Of a stretch of 64,000 nt of DNA, positions 21,575-30,744 are shown one piece after another. The notes under the pieces are model-generated. The model had not been told where the DNA came from and ran no database searches. It was given only the letters and a program-made list of their open reading frames with translations. The position numbers and the translations under genes were made by a program. Numbering within the stretch: position 1 is the first letter of the stretch; the number at the start of each line of letters is the position of its first letter. Origin of the DNA: a virus; IMG/VR virus record IMGVR_UViG_3300045119_000205, positions 4,462 through 68,461 of that record. One strand, given 5' to 3'.

Positions 21575-23178
21575 CCCAGATATTCTTGATGACGACTGGG
21601 GTTCGCTTGGTTCAATCGTTTCCGGACCCTGGCAACTGGAACCCGGTGAATAAGGTCGAGTGCCTTGGCAGTGGCGGCGGCGGTTCGAATGGGCGGGGGG
21701 CGAATCAGGCCGCCGCAAGTGGCGGTGGTGGCGGCGGCTATGCGTACGCCAATAATATGACACTGACCTTTCCTGTATTTTTCGCGGTGGAGTATAAAAG
21801 TTCCGGCGGTAATCCGCTGGCGCCGTCCGGTACCGCAACCAACTTCAACGTAAATTCATACTTCGCAACAACTGCGGCTGGTTGTGTTTCCGCAGCCTCT
21901 GCCACGACCGGAGTGACCCCGGCACCAATCCTCCTTTCAAGGGACGCGGTAGTTGAACCTTTTATAATAGGGACCGGTGGAAATGCCGTGTTCCCCGCTG
22001 GCTTTGCGGGCGGGGCTGGTGGCGGTGGCAGTACCGCTGGCAACAATGCTGATCGTGGTGGCGCGGGCGGCGGCGCTGGGGGGCCTTCCGGGGCAGGGTC
22101 GGCTGGCGGGAACGGAACGACAACCACGTTTGCAGCGGGTGGCGCGGCCAATGGCGGGCTTGTTCCAGGGGCCACAACTGCCGGTGCGGCGGGCAATAGC
22201 AGAACGATATGGGGTCCATCATTTGGCGTCGGTTCTGGCGGCGCTTCGTCCAATGATGTCAGCACGGCTGGCGGGGCGGGGGGCGCATATGGTGGTGGCG
22301 GTTCCGGAGGGTTCGGCGGCGCCACCGCAGGCCTCGGCGGCGCGGGCACTGATGGCCTGATCGTCCTCACCTATTCGCCTTACATCAAAGGCCAGACCCA
22401 AGTGTTCATCTTCAAGGGCACGGCCACGTTCGCTGATCCTGGCAATTGGAACTCGGTGAACAAGATTGAATGCATAGGAAGCGGTGGCTTCGGTTCGGCG
22501 TCGTATTTCGCTCCACTCGCAGGCGAGTTGGATACGCCAACGCCACTAGCAGCACAGAACACAGGTAAGGGTGGTGGCGCTGGCGCCTATGCTGTTGGAA
22601 CAAACCTTGCGGTGACGTTCCCTGTTACCGTTTTTGTGTCCCCAGGCGGTCAACAAACCAGCCCAAACTCCATTTTTACTTACTGGAAGGGAACAGCCGC
22701 AGTTGCGGGCAACGTATATGCGGCTGCTGGCACGAGCGGTGTAGGCCAAAATGGTGGCGGCAACGCGGGCACTAGCTTCTATCCATCAGGCTTTGCTGGC
22801 GGTGACGGCAATTGGACGAATATTAACATAGGCACGCCGGGCAACGGCGGCGGTGGTGCAGGAGGACCAAATGGTGCAGGCACAAGTCCCACTGGACAGC
22901 TAGGCGGCGCTAGTGATGGCGGCAATGTGCCGGGTGGTTCATTTGCGGGGGCGCCTGGAAATTCAGGCGCGCAGTGGGGGAATTACGGCACAGGAGGCGG
23001 TGGTGCTGGTGGTATAGCGTTGGGCAGTGGTGGTGCTGGCGGAAACTATGGTGGTGGTGGCGGCAGTAGCGGTGGCAACACGCCATACACGGGCGGCGCA
23101 GGCGGCGATGGGCTGCTGATCGTCACCTACGTGCCCTACATCCCTCCGCTCGCCATACAGGTAGCAATGCTGGCATAG
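21571..23178 (+). CDS. glycine-rich tail protein with two tandem Gly-rich domains
   Basis: Two DPGNWN.VNK.EC.GSGG...GGAG.DGL units. Confidence 0.7.
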   Translation: MTQIFLMTTGVRLVQSFPDPGNWNPVNKVECLGSGGGGSNGRGANQAAASGGGGGGYAYANNMTLTFPVFFAVEYKSSGGNPLAPSGTATNFNVNSYFATTAAGCVSAASATTGVTPAPILLSRDAVVEPFIIGTGGNAVFPAGFAGGAGGGGSTAGNNADRGGAGGGAGGPSGAGSAGGNGTTTTFAAGGAANGGLVPGATTAGAAGNSRTIWGPSFGVGSGGASSNDVSTAGGAGGAYGGGGSGGFGGATAGLGGAGTDGLIVLTYSPYIKGQTQVFIFKGTATFADPGNWNSVNKIECIGSGGFGSASYFAPLAGELDTPTPLAAQNTGKGGGAGAYAVGTNLAVTFPVTVFVSPGGQQTSPNSIFTYWKGTAAVAGNVYAAAGTSGVGQNGGGNAGTSFYPSGFAGGDGNWTNINIGTPGNGGGGAGGPNGAGTSPTGQLGGASDGGNVPGGSFAGAPGNSGAQWGNYGTGGGGAGGIALGSGGAGGNYGGGGGSSGGNTPYTGGAGGDGLLIVTYVPYIPPLAIQVAMLA

Positions 23179-23187
23179 GAGAATGTC

Positions 23188-23385
23188 ATGATATCGCTGT
23201 TGGTATACATACTTATACTATGTTTGATATTCGGCGTTATCTATTACGTGATAACTCTATTGCCACTACCGCCGCCATTTGCACTAATAGTTCAGGTGGT
23301 GATGGCTCTTATATTAGTATTGATCCTGATAGACATGCTAATGGGCGGCCGCTTCGTGGGAATGGCGCCACTAAGGCTGCAATGA
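23188..23385 (+). CDS. small two-TM membrane protein
   Basis: SD AGGAG; two hydrophobic helices around LPLPPPF; AT-rich. Confidence 0.7.
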   Translation: MISLLVYILILCLIFGVIYYVITLLPLPPPFALIVQVVMALILVLILIDMLMGGRFVGMAPLRLQ

Positions 23386-23480
23386 TGGACTGGGTCATCG
23401 GCTTCCTATTCGGCGGCCTGATCGGGGTCGGGGTGTTCCTCGTCTGCATGCGCGCTATCCTGCGGGTGCCCTGGCCGTGA
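23382..23480 (+). CDS. single-TM micro-protein
   Basis: ATGA-coupled MMDWVIGFLFGGLIGVGVFLVCMRAILRVPWP. Confidence 0.45.
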   Translation: MMDWVIGFLFGGLIGVGVFLVCMRAILRVPWP

Positions 23481-23636
23481 CAGGCCGAGTTCCAGCAATT
23501 CGCGAATGGCGGCGGCGCGGCTCACTAGCCGACGGCTATGCCAAAACTCGTCTATGCGCCCCGCCAGATCCGTTGTTATCCGTATGGGCATCGTCACAAA
23601 TATATTCATGGCACCGATCCTTTGCACTGGTGCCAT
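23406..23636 (-). CDS. ribbon-helix-helix (CopG-like) DNA-binding protein
   Basis: MPIRITTDLAGRIDEFWHSRRLVSRAAAIRELLELGL; start at 23636 or 23609. Confidence 0.55.
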   Translation of the reverse strand: MAPVQRIGAMNIFVTMPIRITTDLAGRIDEFWHSRRLVSRAAAIRELLELGLSRPGHPQDSAHADEEHPDPDQAAE

Positions 23637-23660
23637 CAATAGCACGTTCTCGGTTGTGAT

Positions 23661-24005
23661 GTGGCAGAGGATCAGCCCAAGCGGCCAAGCTGGTTGACCA
23701 TCGGCGTGCTGGGCGCCGCCGTCTCCGTCGGCCTCTACGTGTTCATTATCGGCGCCGAGATCGGCACGATGCGCCAGCAAGCGGTCACCCACGAGCTTCG
23801 CCTGACCGCGCTCGAAACCCACGGCTCTGGGCCGGTACAGACCGCCAATGCCAAGGTGGATGCGGTGATCGCACGGGCCGACCGCATCCTTGAAGGCCTG
23901 CTTCAGATGCAGCAGAAGATGGCCGACCTCTCGGCAACCCAGCAGACCCAAGGGGTTCTGCTGACCCGGCTGCAACAAGATCTCAACAGGGAAAAGAACC
24001 CATGA
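23661..24005 (+). CDS. TM plus coiled-coil protein, putative holin/lysis accessory
   Basis: N-terminal TM helix; ATGA-coupled to the endolysin. Confidence 0.5.
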   Translation: MAEDQPKRPSWLTIGVLGAAVSVGLYVFIIGAEIGTMRQQAVTHELRLTALETHGSGPVQTANAKVDAVIARADRILEGLLQMQQKMADLSATQQTQGVLLTRLQQDLNREKNP

Positions 24006-24706
24006 GCACCGATGTCTTGGACCTCAGCCACCACAATGGCGTCGAATCGTTCGCCGCGATTCGCAAGGCCGGGATTCTCGGGGTTATCCACAAGGCCACC
24101 GAGTCGGATGACTACGAGGACCCGACCTATAGCCAGCGTCGCGTCGATGCCCGGCACGCCGGGCTGCTGTGGGGTGCCTACCATTTTCTGCGTCCTGGCG
24201 ACATGCACGCGCAGGCCCAGCACTTCCTGAAGACCGCCACGCCCGGCACCGATGATCTGATGTGCGCCGACCACGAGGACACGGGCGTCAGCCTGGACGA
24301 CCTACACGAGTTCCTGGCCGCGATCTGGACGCTGACCAAACGCCGCGCGGTGATCTACTCGGGCCATGTCCTGAAGGAGCAGGTGGGCGACGCCGATATC
24401 CCCTGGCTCAAAGAGCACCAGCTATGGGTGGCGCAATACACCAGCGCGCCGCAGCCGGATTGGCCCAAGCAGATCTGGCCCCGGTATTTCCTCTGGCAGT
24501 ACACCGACATGGGCAAGGCGCCGGGGGTTTCGGGTAACGTCGATTGCAACCGCGCCGGGGTGGATGATCACCATTTGCGGGCGCAGTGGGCAGGCGCCAA
24601 GCCGGAAGCTCCCGCCATCCCGATGCCGGGGCCTGAGCACGTGGTGAAGATCACCATCGCCTCCCCGCCGGGGGTGCATATCATCGTGGAGAAGGTGATC
24701 GCTTAG
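24002..24706 (+). CDS. endolysin, glycoside hydrolase family 25
   Basis: DLSHHN, HKATE, GAYHF, DHED, LWVAQY, LWQYTD, VDCN motifs. Confidence 0.9.
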   Translation: MSTDVLDLSHHNGVESFAAIRKAGILGVIHKATESDDYEDPTYSQRRVDARHAGLLWGAYHFLRPGDMHAQAQHFLKTATPGTDDLMCADHEDTGVSLDDLHEFLAAIWTLTKRRAVIYSGHVLKEQVGDADIPWLKEHQLWVAQYTSAPQPDWPKQIWPRYFLWQYTDMGKAPGVSGNVDCNRAGVDDHHLRAQWAGAKPEAPAIPMPGPEHVVKITIASPPGVHIIVEKVIA

Positions 24707-24822
24707 TCAGGAAACTTTACATCGCCACCAAAGCGAACGAGTTTTTGGCGGATTTCAGCCGTGGCCTCACGCTTGCATACGTGACGTTGCCGCCGCGTGG
24801 CGGTGTAAAGAAAGGGACCACA

Positions 24823-25551
24823 ATGCGAACGCACTATCTCATCATTGGGGCACTGGCAACGGCAGCCGCCGCCATTGCTTCGTTTCCTGCTCACGCTACG
24901 CTTCAGGTAGCTGCCGATTTCGGCGGCACCACCTTCCTGTGCGTGGACAACACGGCCTGCGACACCAGCCTGACTACGGGCGTGATCCAGATCGCCAACC
25001 AAACCATCGGTGGGATCACCGTCAATGGGTCGGTGCAGACCTCGGTGGGCACGCCCGCCAATCCCAACCCGCAGGACATCCTGAACACGTCCTCGCTGAA
25101 CCTGATCAACGTGGCGGGCATCCCGGTCAGCTACATCGTGACGATCTCCGACACGGACTTCGCTGGCCCGGTCAACCAGTTCTCGGCGACCACTTCCGGG
25201 GTGTGGCAGACCGCAGTCGGTTCGATAGCGACGACCAAGCTGTGGGCCGACGCGGCCAACGCGCAGGGCGCCAGCGCCATCAACGACACCCCCGGCACGC
25301 TCTTGGATAATTTCACCAGCACTGCCCTGCTCTCGGCTGATAGCTACTCACACAACGCCAGCGGCGCGTTCGTTGCTGGCGCTGCGTTCTCCATCACGGA
25401 ACAGGTCAGCGGCTCGCTGGCGGCGGGTGGCCAGCTTGTCAACCGTGGCCAGACCGCCATTCTCGAAAACGTCCCTGAGCCTGCCTCCATGCTCATCCTG
25501 GGCGCCGGTCTGGTCGGCCTGGGCGCGGCCTACCGTCGGCGGCAGGTATGA
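24823..25551 (+). CDS. PEP-CTERM sorting-domain surface protein 1
   Basis: Signal peptide (PAHA); C-terminal VPEPASMLILGAGLVGLGAAYRRRQV; SD AAGGGA. Confidence 0.9.
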   Translation: MRTHYLIIGALATAAAAIASFPAHATLQVAADFGGTTFLCVDNTACDTSLTTGVIQIANQTIGGITVNGSVQTSVGTPANPNPQDILNTSSLNLINVAGIPVSYIVTISDTDFAGPVNQFSATTSGVWQTAVGSIATTKLWADAANAQGASAINDTPGTLLDNFTSTALLSADSYSHNASGAFVAGAAFSITEQVSGSLAAGGQLVNRGQTAILENVPEPASMLILGAGLVGLGAAYRRRQV

Positions 25552-26267
25552 GAAACTACCTTGTCGCAGGGGTGATGGCGGTGGCGATTGCCGCCTTCGC
25601 CCAGGTTGCTCCCGCCCATGCCATCGTACTGACTTCCGATGGCATCACCTACGCGCTCGAAATGGGGGCGACAACCAATGGCGGTCTGACCCAGCAATTC
25701 GCCCTGGTCATTACCGGCGAGAACTCGATCACTGATCCGTTCGGCGGGCGCACCGGCATCAACTCGTTCGCGCTCAACGATTTCGGCGGCACATCGGTAT
25801 CGGGTGTGATGGAAGGCACGCTGATCAACGGCGTCATCAGCCTTGCACCAAACACTGACTATACCTTCGTCCCCGGCGGGCTGGCCTCGGCGGGCTGCGA
25901 TGGGACCGGCAATTTCTTCTGCTTCGACAACGGCCTGATCCCGCCCATTCCGGCTGGCCCACTGATCACCGGACCCGTCGTCTTCGTCTTCGACGTGACG
26001 CTCCAGGCGGGCGGAAGCTGGGCGAACTACGCGACCAGCCAGCCGCACTTCAAGATCGACTGGGTCGGCGATCAGTCCAGCATCAACGCGCAGGGCAAGC
26101 TGGTGTCCGGCTATGACCTCGTCTCGTTGGAAATCGGGGTGGGGACGACCTGTCCAGACTGCGTGATCAATCCGGTGATCATCGACACGCCGGAACCCGC
26201 CTCGATGGCGTTGCTGGGGGTGGGGCTGGTCGGCCTGACCGCTCTGCGTCGCCGCCGTGTGGTTTAG
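25548..26267 (+). CDS. PEP-CTERM sorting-domain surface protein 2
   Basis: Signal peptide (PAHA); C-terminal TPEPASMALLGVGLVGLTALRRRRVV. Confidence 0.9.
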   Translation: MRNYLVAGVMAVAIAAFAQVAPAHAIVLTSDGITYALEMGATTNGGLTQQFALVITGENSITDPFGGRTGINSFALNDFGGTSVSGVMEGTLINGVISLAPNTDYTFVPGGLASAGCDGTGNFFCFDNGLIPPIPAGPLITGPVVFVFDVTLQAGGSWANYATSQPHFKIDWVGDQSSINAQGKLVSGYDLVSLEIGVGTTCPDCVINPVIIDTPEPASMALLGVGLVGLTALRRRRVV

Positions 26268-26340
26268 CATAGGCACATTGGTAGGCTTCTTGGTGGGCGT
26301 CGGGGCCACGATCACCGCTGCGACGCTCTACTATCGATGA
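26257..26340 (+). CDS. single-TM micro-protein
   Basis: GTG start, MWFSIGTLVGFLVGVGATITAATLYYR; overlaps both neighbours. Confidence 0.4.
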   Translation: MWFSIGTLVGFLVGVGATITAATLYYR

Positions 26341-26429
26341 TAGAAACTATATTCCTGATACTAATAGGTGCAGCCATTGTCGCCGGGCTAACCATCATGT
26401 TTCGGATCTGGCACGGCGATTTCGACTGA
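26337..26429 (+). CDS. single-TM micro-protein
   Basis: ATGA-coupled MIETIFLILIGAAIVAGLTIMFRIWHGDFD. Confidence 0.45.
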   Translation: MIETIFLILIGAAIVAGLTIMFRIWHGDFD

Positions 26430-26445
26430 CCTTTGCGTGACTATG

Positions 26446-26485
26446 ATGTGGGATGGTAGCCTAATGGGCTGCCGTCCCACATTTT
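26446..26485 (+). terminator. rho-independent terminator
   Basis: ATGTGGGATGGTAGCC / GGCTGCCGTCCCACAT stem with two G-U pairs, followed by a short T run. Confidence 0.65.
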
Positions 26486-26501
26486 ATGGCGGACCCCGGC
26501 C

Positions 26502-27281
26502 ATGCCAGCGCCCTTCGCGTCCGCCCTGACCTACAACCTCTACGTCACCCAGGTTGCAACCATGACGGTTGTCAACGTGCAGACGGTGAATGGCGTGGTG
26601 GTGGGCGTTGACGACGCCTTCAACAATCTCATCCCGCAGATGCTGAACTACGCGGAACTGCGCATTCAGCGCGACCTCGACCTGACCCAGGCGCAGGTGA
26701 CGGGGATCGCCTATTCGCTCACGACCGGCAGCCCGATGCTGGATATCCCGCTGGAAGATTTCATCGTGATCCAGACCATCGGGGTGGACGTGAACGGCCT
26801 GCGGATGCCGCTGATGCCGGTGACCAGAGAGTTCCTGCAAAATGTCTACCCGATGGGATCGGTCCCCGGCGCGCCACTGTATTTCGCCATCACCGGGGGC
26901 GACCCGGCGACATCGGGAAACACCACCAGGGGGCTGCTATTCGGGCCGCCACCGGATATGGACTACCCGGTCTATATCGGCGGCACGCGGCGCATGGACA
27001 CGCTCTACGAGAAGGCCACGCCCGCCCTGGCGGCCACGGCGACCACCTTCATCTCCAGCCAGTTGCCGGATCTGCTGCTGCAAGCGTCGATGATCTACAT
27101 ATCGCAATACCAGCGCAATTTCGGCGCGGCGTCGAACGATCCGCAGATGGGACCGACCTACGAGGCGCAGTACCAGAACCTGCTGCGCATGGCCATGCTG
27201 GAGGAGGCCCGCAAGCGGTTCCAGGCGGCGGCATGGACCTCGCAGCCACCTGCCCCCGCCGCCAGCCCGACGCGGGGCTAG
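26502..27281 (+). CDS. tail/head completion protein (tubular A-like)
   Basis: YAELRIQRDLD, GAPLYFA, GPPPD, PDLLLQASM, YEAQYQ. Confidence 0.65.
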   Translation: MPAPFASALTYNLYVTQVATMTVVNVQTVNGVVVGVDDAFNNLIPQMLNYAELRIQRDLDLTQAQVTGIAYSLTTGSPMLDIPLEDFIVIQTIGVDVNGLRMPLMPVTREFLQNVYPMGSVPGAPLYFAITGGDPATSGNTTRGLLFGPPPDMDYPVYIGGTRRMDTLYEKATPALAATATTFISSQLPDLLLQASMIYISQYQRNFGAASNDPQMGPTYEAQYQNLLRMAMLEEARKRFQAAAWTSQPPAPAASPTRG

Positions 27282-27284
27282 GCG

Positions 27285-29609
27285 ATGCCCCATGCCTCCC
27301 TGAAGATCCTGCCGCTCGACACCAACGCCACCCCAACCCTTGGCGAAGCCGCCATCACCGACTGCAACCTCATCCGCTACGTGCCGGATGGGAAGTTCGT
27401 GCTGGTGCAGAAGCTGGGCGGCTGGCGGCGGTTCTGGCCGACCCCGTTCGAAACCATCCCGCGCGCGCTGTGGCCCTGGCAGGATCTGAACAACAACCAG
27501 CATCTAGCCGTCGGTTGCGCGCCGACCGCGACCCTGTCGGGGGTGCTGCAATCCATCGATTTCACCACCAGAACCGGGGCGAGTTCCCAGAACAACGTCA
27601 CGCCGCATGAAGTCATCGACAATGTGCCGGTGAATTTCGCCACGGTGACGGGAAGCAATGTCGTCAACGTGGTTGACGCGCTCACCAACGTGACTGACTA
27701 CGATTCAGTGTTTATCGCCACGCCCGTCAGCATCGGCGGCTTGGTGCTGTTCGGATTTTATCAATGCCATAATCTACTGAGCAGCACGGCATTTGACATC
27801 TGGGCATACGACATACTGGGCAACCCGGCCTATGCGACCTCCACGGTTCCCCATGTCGGCGGCGCGGTGCCGCTGTTCACGACGACAATCGCTTCGAACA
27901 CCATAACCGTCACACTCGCGAACCACGGCTACGTCATCGGGTCGGAGTTCGTCGTGCTGATCCCGGTGGTGTTCAATGGGGTCACCATCATCGGCCACTA
28001 CCCCGTCATATCGGTGGTGGACGTAAACAGTTTCACCATCCTGTCCAACACGCTGGCGACCGCGTCGGGCGCCGTGTCGATGAACAACGGCAAGGTGAAC
28101 CTGACGTTCTACATGGGCGCGGGCGCGGTCCCTGGCGGGTCGGGTTACGGGTTTGGCGGCTACGGGACTGGTGGCTACGGCACCGGCACCGGCATCGTTC
28201 CGGTGCAGGGCTACCCGATCTACGCGGAAGACTGGAGCCTGGATAACTGGGGCGAGATCCTGATCTCGTGCCCGGTGGTGCCGTTCTTCGTCAACCTGAA
28301 GATAACCGGCGCCACCGGCACTGGCGCCGCCGTCACGGTCACGTTCACGCCCGCCTACACCGCGCCGGTCGGCAACGTGATTCAGATCTACAGCATGAAC
28401 CCCAGCACCTATAACGGCACCTACTACATCACCGCCTCATCGCCGGGATCGGTGACGTTTGCCAGCACGGTAAACGCCACCTTCGTTTCGGGCGGGTCAG
28501 CCAACACCACCCGGCTGGCATCAAGCCCGATTTTCGCCTGGGACCCGAGTGGCGGCGAGCCGTTCTCCACCGTGATCTGGCAGGGGCCAGCGTCGAACGA
28601 TGGCTGCTTCGTGGCCATGCCGCAGCGGCAGATTGTCGCCTGGGGGTCGAGCTTCACCGGCTACCCTGACCCGCTGCTACTCCGCTGGTGCGATGTCGAG
28701 GACTATACCGAGTGGGTGGCCAAGACCACCAATCAGGCCGGGTCCTATCGCCTTCCCAAGGGATCGAAGATCGTCAGCGCCCTCCAGGGGCCGCAGCAGG
28801 GGCTGGTCTGGACCGACCTGGGGATCTGGTCGATGCAGTATATCGGCCAGCCCTTCGTCTATTCGTTCAACGAGCTTGCCTCTGGCTGCGGCCTGATCGG
28901 CAGGCGCGCGGCGGGCACCCTGAACGGTGTGGTTTACTGGATGTCGCAGACCCAGTTCTACATGCTGGGCGGCGGTGGCGTTCAGGTCATGCCGTGCCCG
29001 ATCTGGGACGTGATCTTTCAGGACATGGATATCTTTTCGTCCGACAAGATCCGTTTTGCCGCCAATTCGCAGTTCAACGAGATCGCGTGGTACTTCCCCG
29101 AGGACGAGGTCCACGAAGTCAGTCGCTACGTCAAATACAACACCGTGATCCAGCAATGGGATTTCGGCACGCTGGGCAGGAGCGCCTGGACGAACCAGAG
29201 CATTTTCGGCCCGCCCATCGGCGCCGACCCGGTGACGCGGCTGCTGTATCAGCACGAGACGGCGCTCGATGACGACGGCAAGGCGATGCCGTCATACTTC
29301 CAGACCGGTTTCTTCGTGATCAATGAAGCCGACATGAAAACCTTCATCGATCAGGTCTGGCCGGATGCGAAATGGGGCGGCTACGACAAGACCCCGGCGG
29401 CCACGGTGAACCTGACGTTCTTTGTCAGCGATTATGCCGGGCAGACGCCGGTACAATACGGGCCATACCCGATGACCAAGACCACGACATTCGTCTCGCC
29501 CCGGTTCCGGGGGCGGCTGGTGTCGATCTACCTGGGGAGCACTGACGTAGGATCGTGGTGGCGTATCGGAAACCTGCGGTATCGATACATGCCGGATGGG
29601 AAGTTCTGA
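27285..29609 (+). CDS. tail tubular B / DNA stabilisation (P22 gp10-like) protein
   Basis: WSLDNWGE, DPLLLRWCDVED, NQAGSYRL, GCGLIG, RFRGR. Confidence 0.7.
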   Translation: MPHASLKILPLDTNATPTLGEAAITDCNLIRYVPDGKFVLVQKLGGWRRFWPTPFETIPRALWPWQDLNNNQHLAVGCAPTATLSGVLQSIDFTTRTGASSQNNVTPHEVIDNVPVNFATVTGSNVVNVVDALTNVTDYDSVFIATPVSIGGLVLFGFYQCHNLLSSTAFDIWAYDILGNPAYATSTVPHVGGAVPLFTTTIASNTITVTLANHGYVIGSEFVVLIPVVFNGVTIIGHYPVISVVDVNSFTILSNTLATASGAVSMNNGKVNLTFYMGAGAVPGGSGYGFGGYGTGGYGTGTGIVPVQGYPIYAEDWSLDNWGEILISCPVVPFFVNLKITGATGTGAAVTVTFTPAYTAPVGNVIQIYSMNPSTYNGTYYITASSPGSVTFASTVNATFVSGGSANTTRLASSPIFAWDPSGGEPFSTVIWQGPASNDGCFVAMPQRQIVAWGSSFTGYPDPLLLRWCDVEDYTEWVAKTTNQAGSYRLPKGSKIVSALQGPQQGLVWTDLGIWSMQYIGQPFVYSFNELASGCGLIGRRAAGTLNGVVYWMSQTQFYMLGGGGVQVMPCPIWDVIFQDMDIFSSDKIRFAANSQFNEIAWYFPEDEVHEVSRYVKYNTVIQQWDFGTLGRSAWTNQSIFGPPIGADPVTRLLYQHETALDDDGKAMPSYFQTGFFVINEADMKTFIDQVWPDAKWGGYDKTPAATVNLTFFVSDYAGQTPVQYGPYPMTKTTTFVSPRFRGRLVSIYLGSTDVGSWWRIGNLRYRYMPDGKF

Positions 29610-29968
29610 TGTCCACGTCCATGACGGATGTCCTGACCACCCACAAGAACGTGGTCACCGCGCTGAACGGCTCTATCACCATGGCGCTCAATCTGGCGGG
29701 CAGCAGCGTCGCACCCGGCCTGAAGGCGCAGACCCTGGTGTCGGCGGCGCCTGGGCGCGTGGTGACCATCAGCGTGGTCATTCTGGGCACCACCACCGGC
29801 AGCATCTGGGATGCCAATTCGTTTGTATCAGCCACGCCCGCGCGGCTCATCATGACCATCCCCATGGCGGTCGGGGTCTACAAGCTCGACATGCCGGTGG
29901 CGTATGGGATCGTGGTCACGCCCGGCACCGGCATGACGGTCGCCATCTCCTACTCGACGGTGCTGTGA
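29609..29968 (+). CDS. structural hypothetical protein
   Basis: TGATG-coupled; GIVVTPGTG. Confidence 0.65.
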   Translation: MSTSMTDVLTTHKNVVTALNGSITMALNLAGSSVAPGLKAQTLVSAAPGRVVTISVVILGTTTGSIWDANSFVSATPARLIMTIPMAVGVYKLDMPVAYGIVVTPGTGMTVAISYSTVL

Positions 29969-30744
29969 TGCCGCTCGAAAAAGGGAAGAGCCAGGAAGTC
30001 ATCAGCAGCAACATCTCCGAGATGATCCATGCCGGTCATCCGCGCAAGCAGGCCATCGCGGCGGCCTTGAGCACGGCGCGCGCGGTGCGCGCGGTGCGCG
30101 CGCGGGGCGGCCGGGACCCAAAGCTGGTGCGCGAGCCGGGCGTCCCCGGCATGGCTCCGACGGGGCCAAACCTGCTCACGCTGGGGCGCGAGCCGCGCGA
30201 GCCGCGTGAACCCAAGCTCCCCAAGCTGGCCAAGGCGGCGGGCAATACGATCAGCACCCATGTGGGACCGATCCACAGCGGTGTGGCGGGGCGTACCGAT
30301 CACCTGCCCATGCACGTCCCCCACGGCTCCTACGTGCTGCCAGCGGACATCGTCAGCGGCCTGGGCGAGGGCAATACGGTCAACGGCTTCAAGCAGGTGA
30401 AACGGATCTTTGGCGGTCTGCCCTACAACAAAGGCAGCGTCCCCTACGGCGGCACGGCAGCGGCTTACGGCCAGGGTGCGGCGCCCTACGCGCAGGCTTC
30501 CACGGCACCGTATGGTGGTGATTTGCCGGGAAGTGAATCGACCGGCGGACGGGTGAAGGACGAGGGAATGCCGGTGCCCATCATCGCCGCAGGCGGCGAA
30601 TACGTGCTGCATCCCGGCGAGGTCGAGGCGGCGGGCGACGGCGACCGCGACATGGGGCATCGTGTGCTGGACGAGTTTGTTAAGCGTTTCCGCGCAAAAA
30701 CGGTTAAGACGCTGAGAAATCTGCCGGGACCCAAACGTGATTGA
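29968..30744 (+). CDS. hypothetical virion protein
   Basis: MPLEKGKSQEVISSNISE...QAIAAAL; GRTDHLP...GSYVLPADIVS; AAGGEYV. Confidence 0.65.
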   Translation: MPLEKGKSQEVISSNISEMIHAGHPRKQAIAAALSTARAVRAVRARGGRDPKLVREPGVPGMAPTGPNLLTLGREPREPREPKLPKLAKAAGNTISTHVGPIHSGVAGRTDHLPMHVPHGSYVLPADIVSGLGEGNTVNGFKQVKRIFGGLPYNKGSVPYGGTAAAYGQGAAPYAQASTAPYGGDLPGSESTGGRVKDEGMPVPIIAAGGEYVLHPGEVEAAGDGDRDMGHRVLDEFVKRFRAKTVKTLRNLPGPKRD

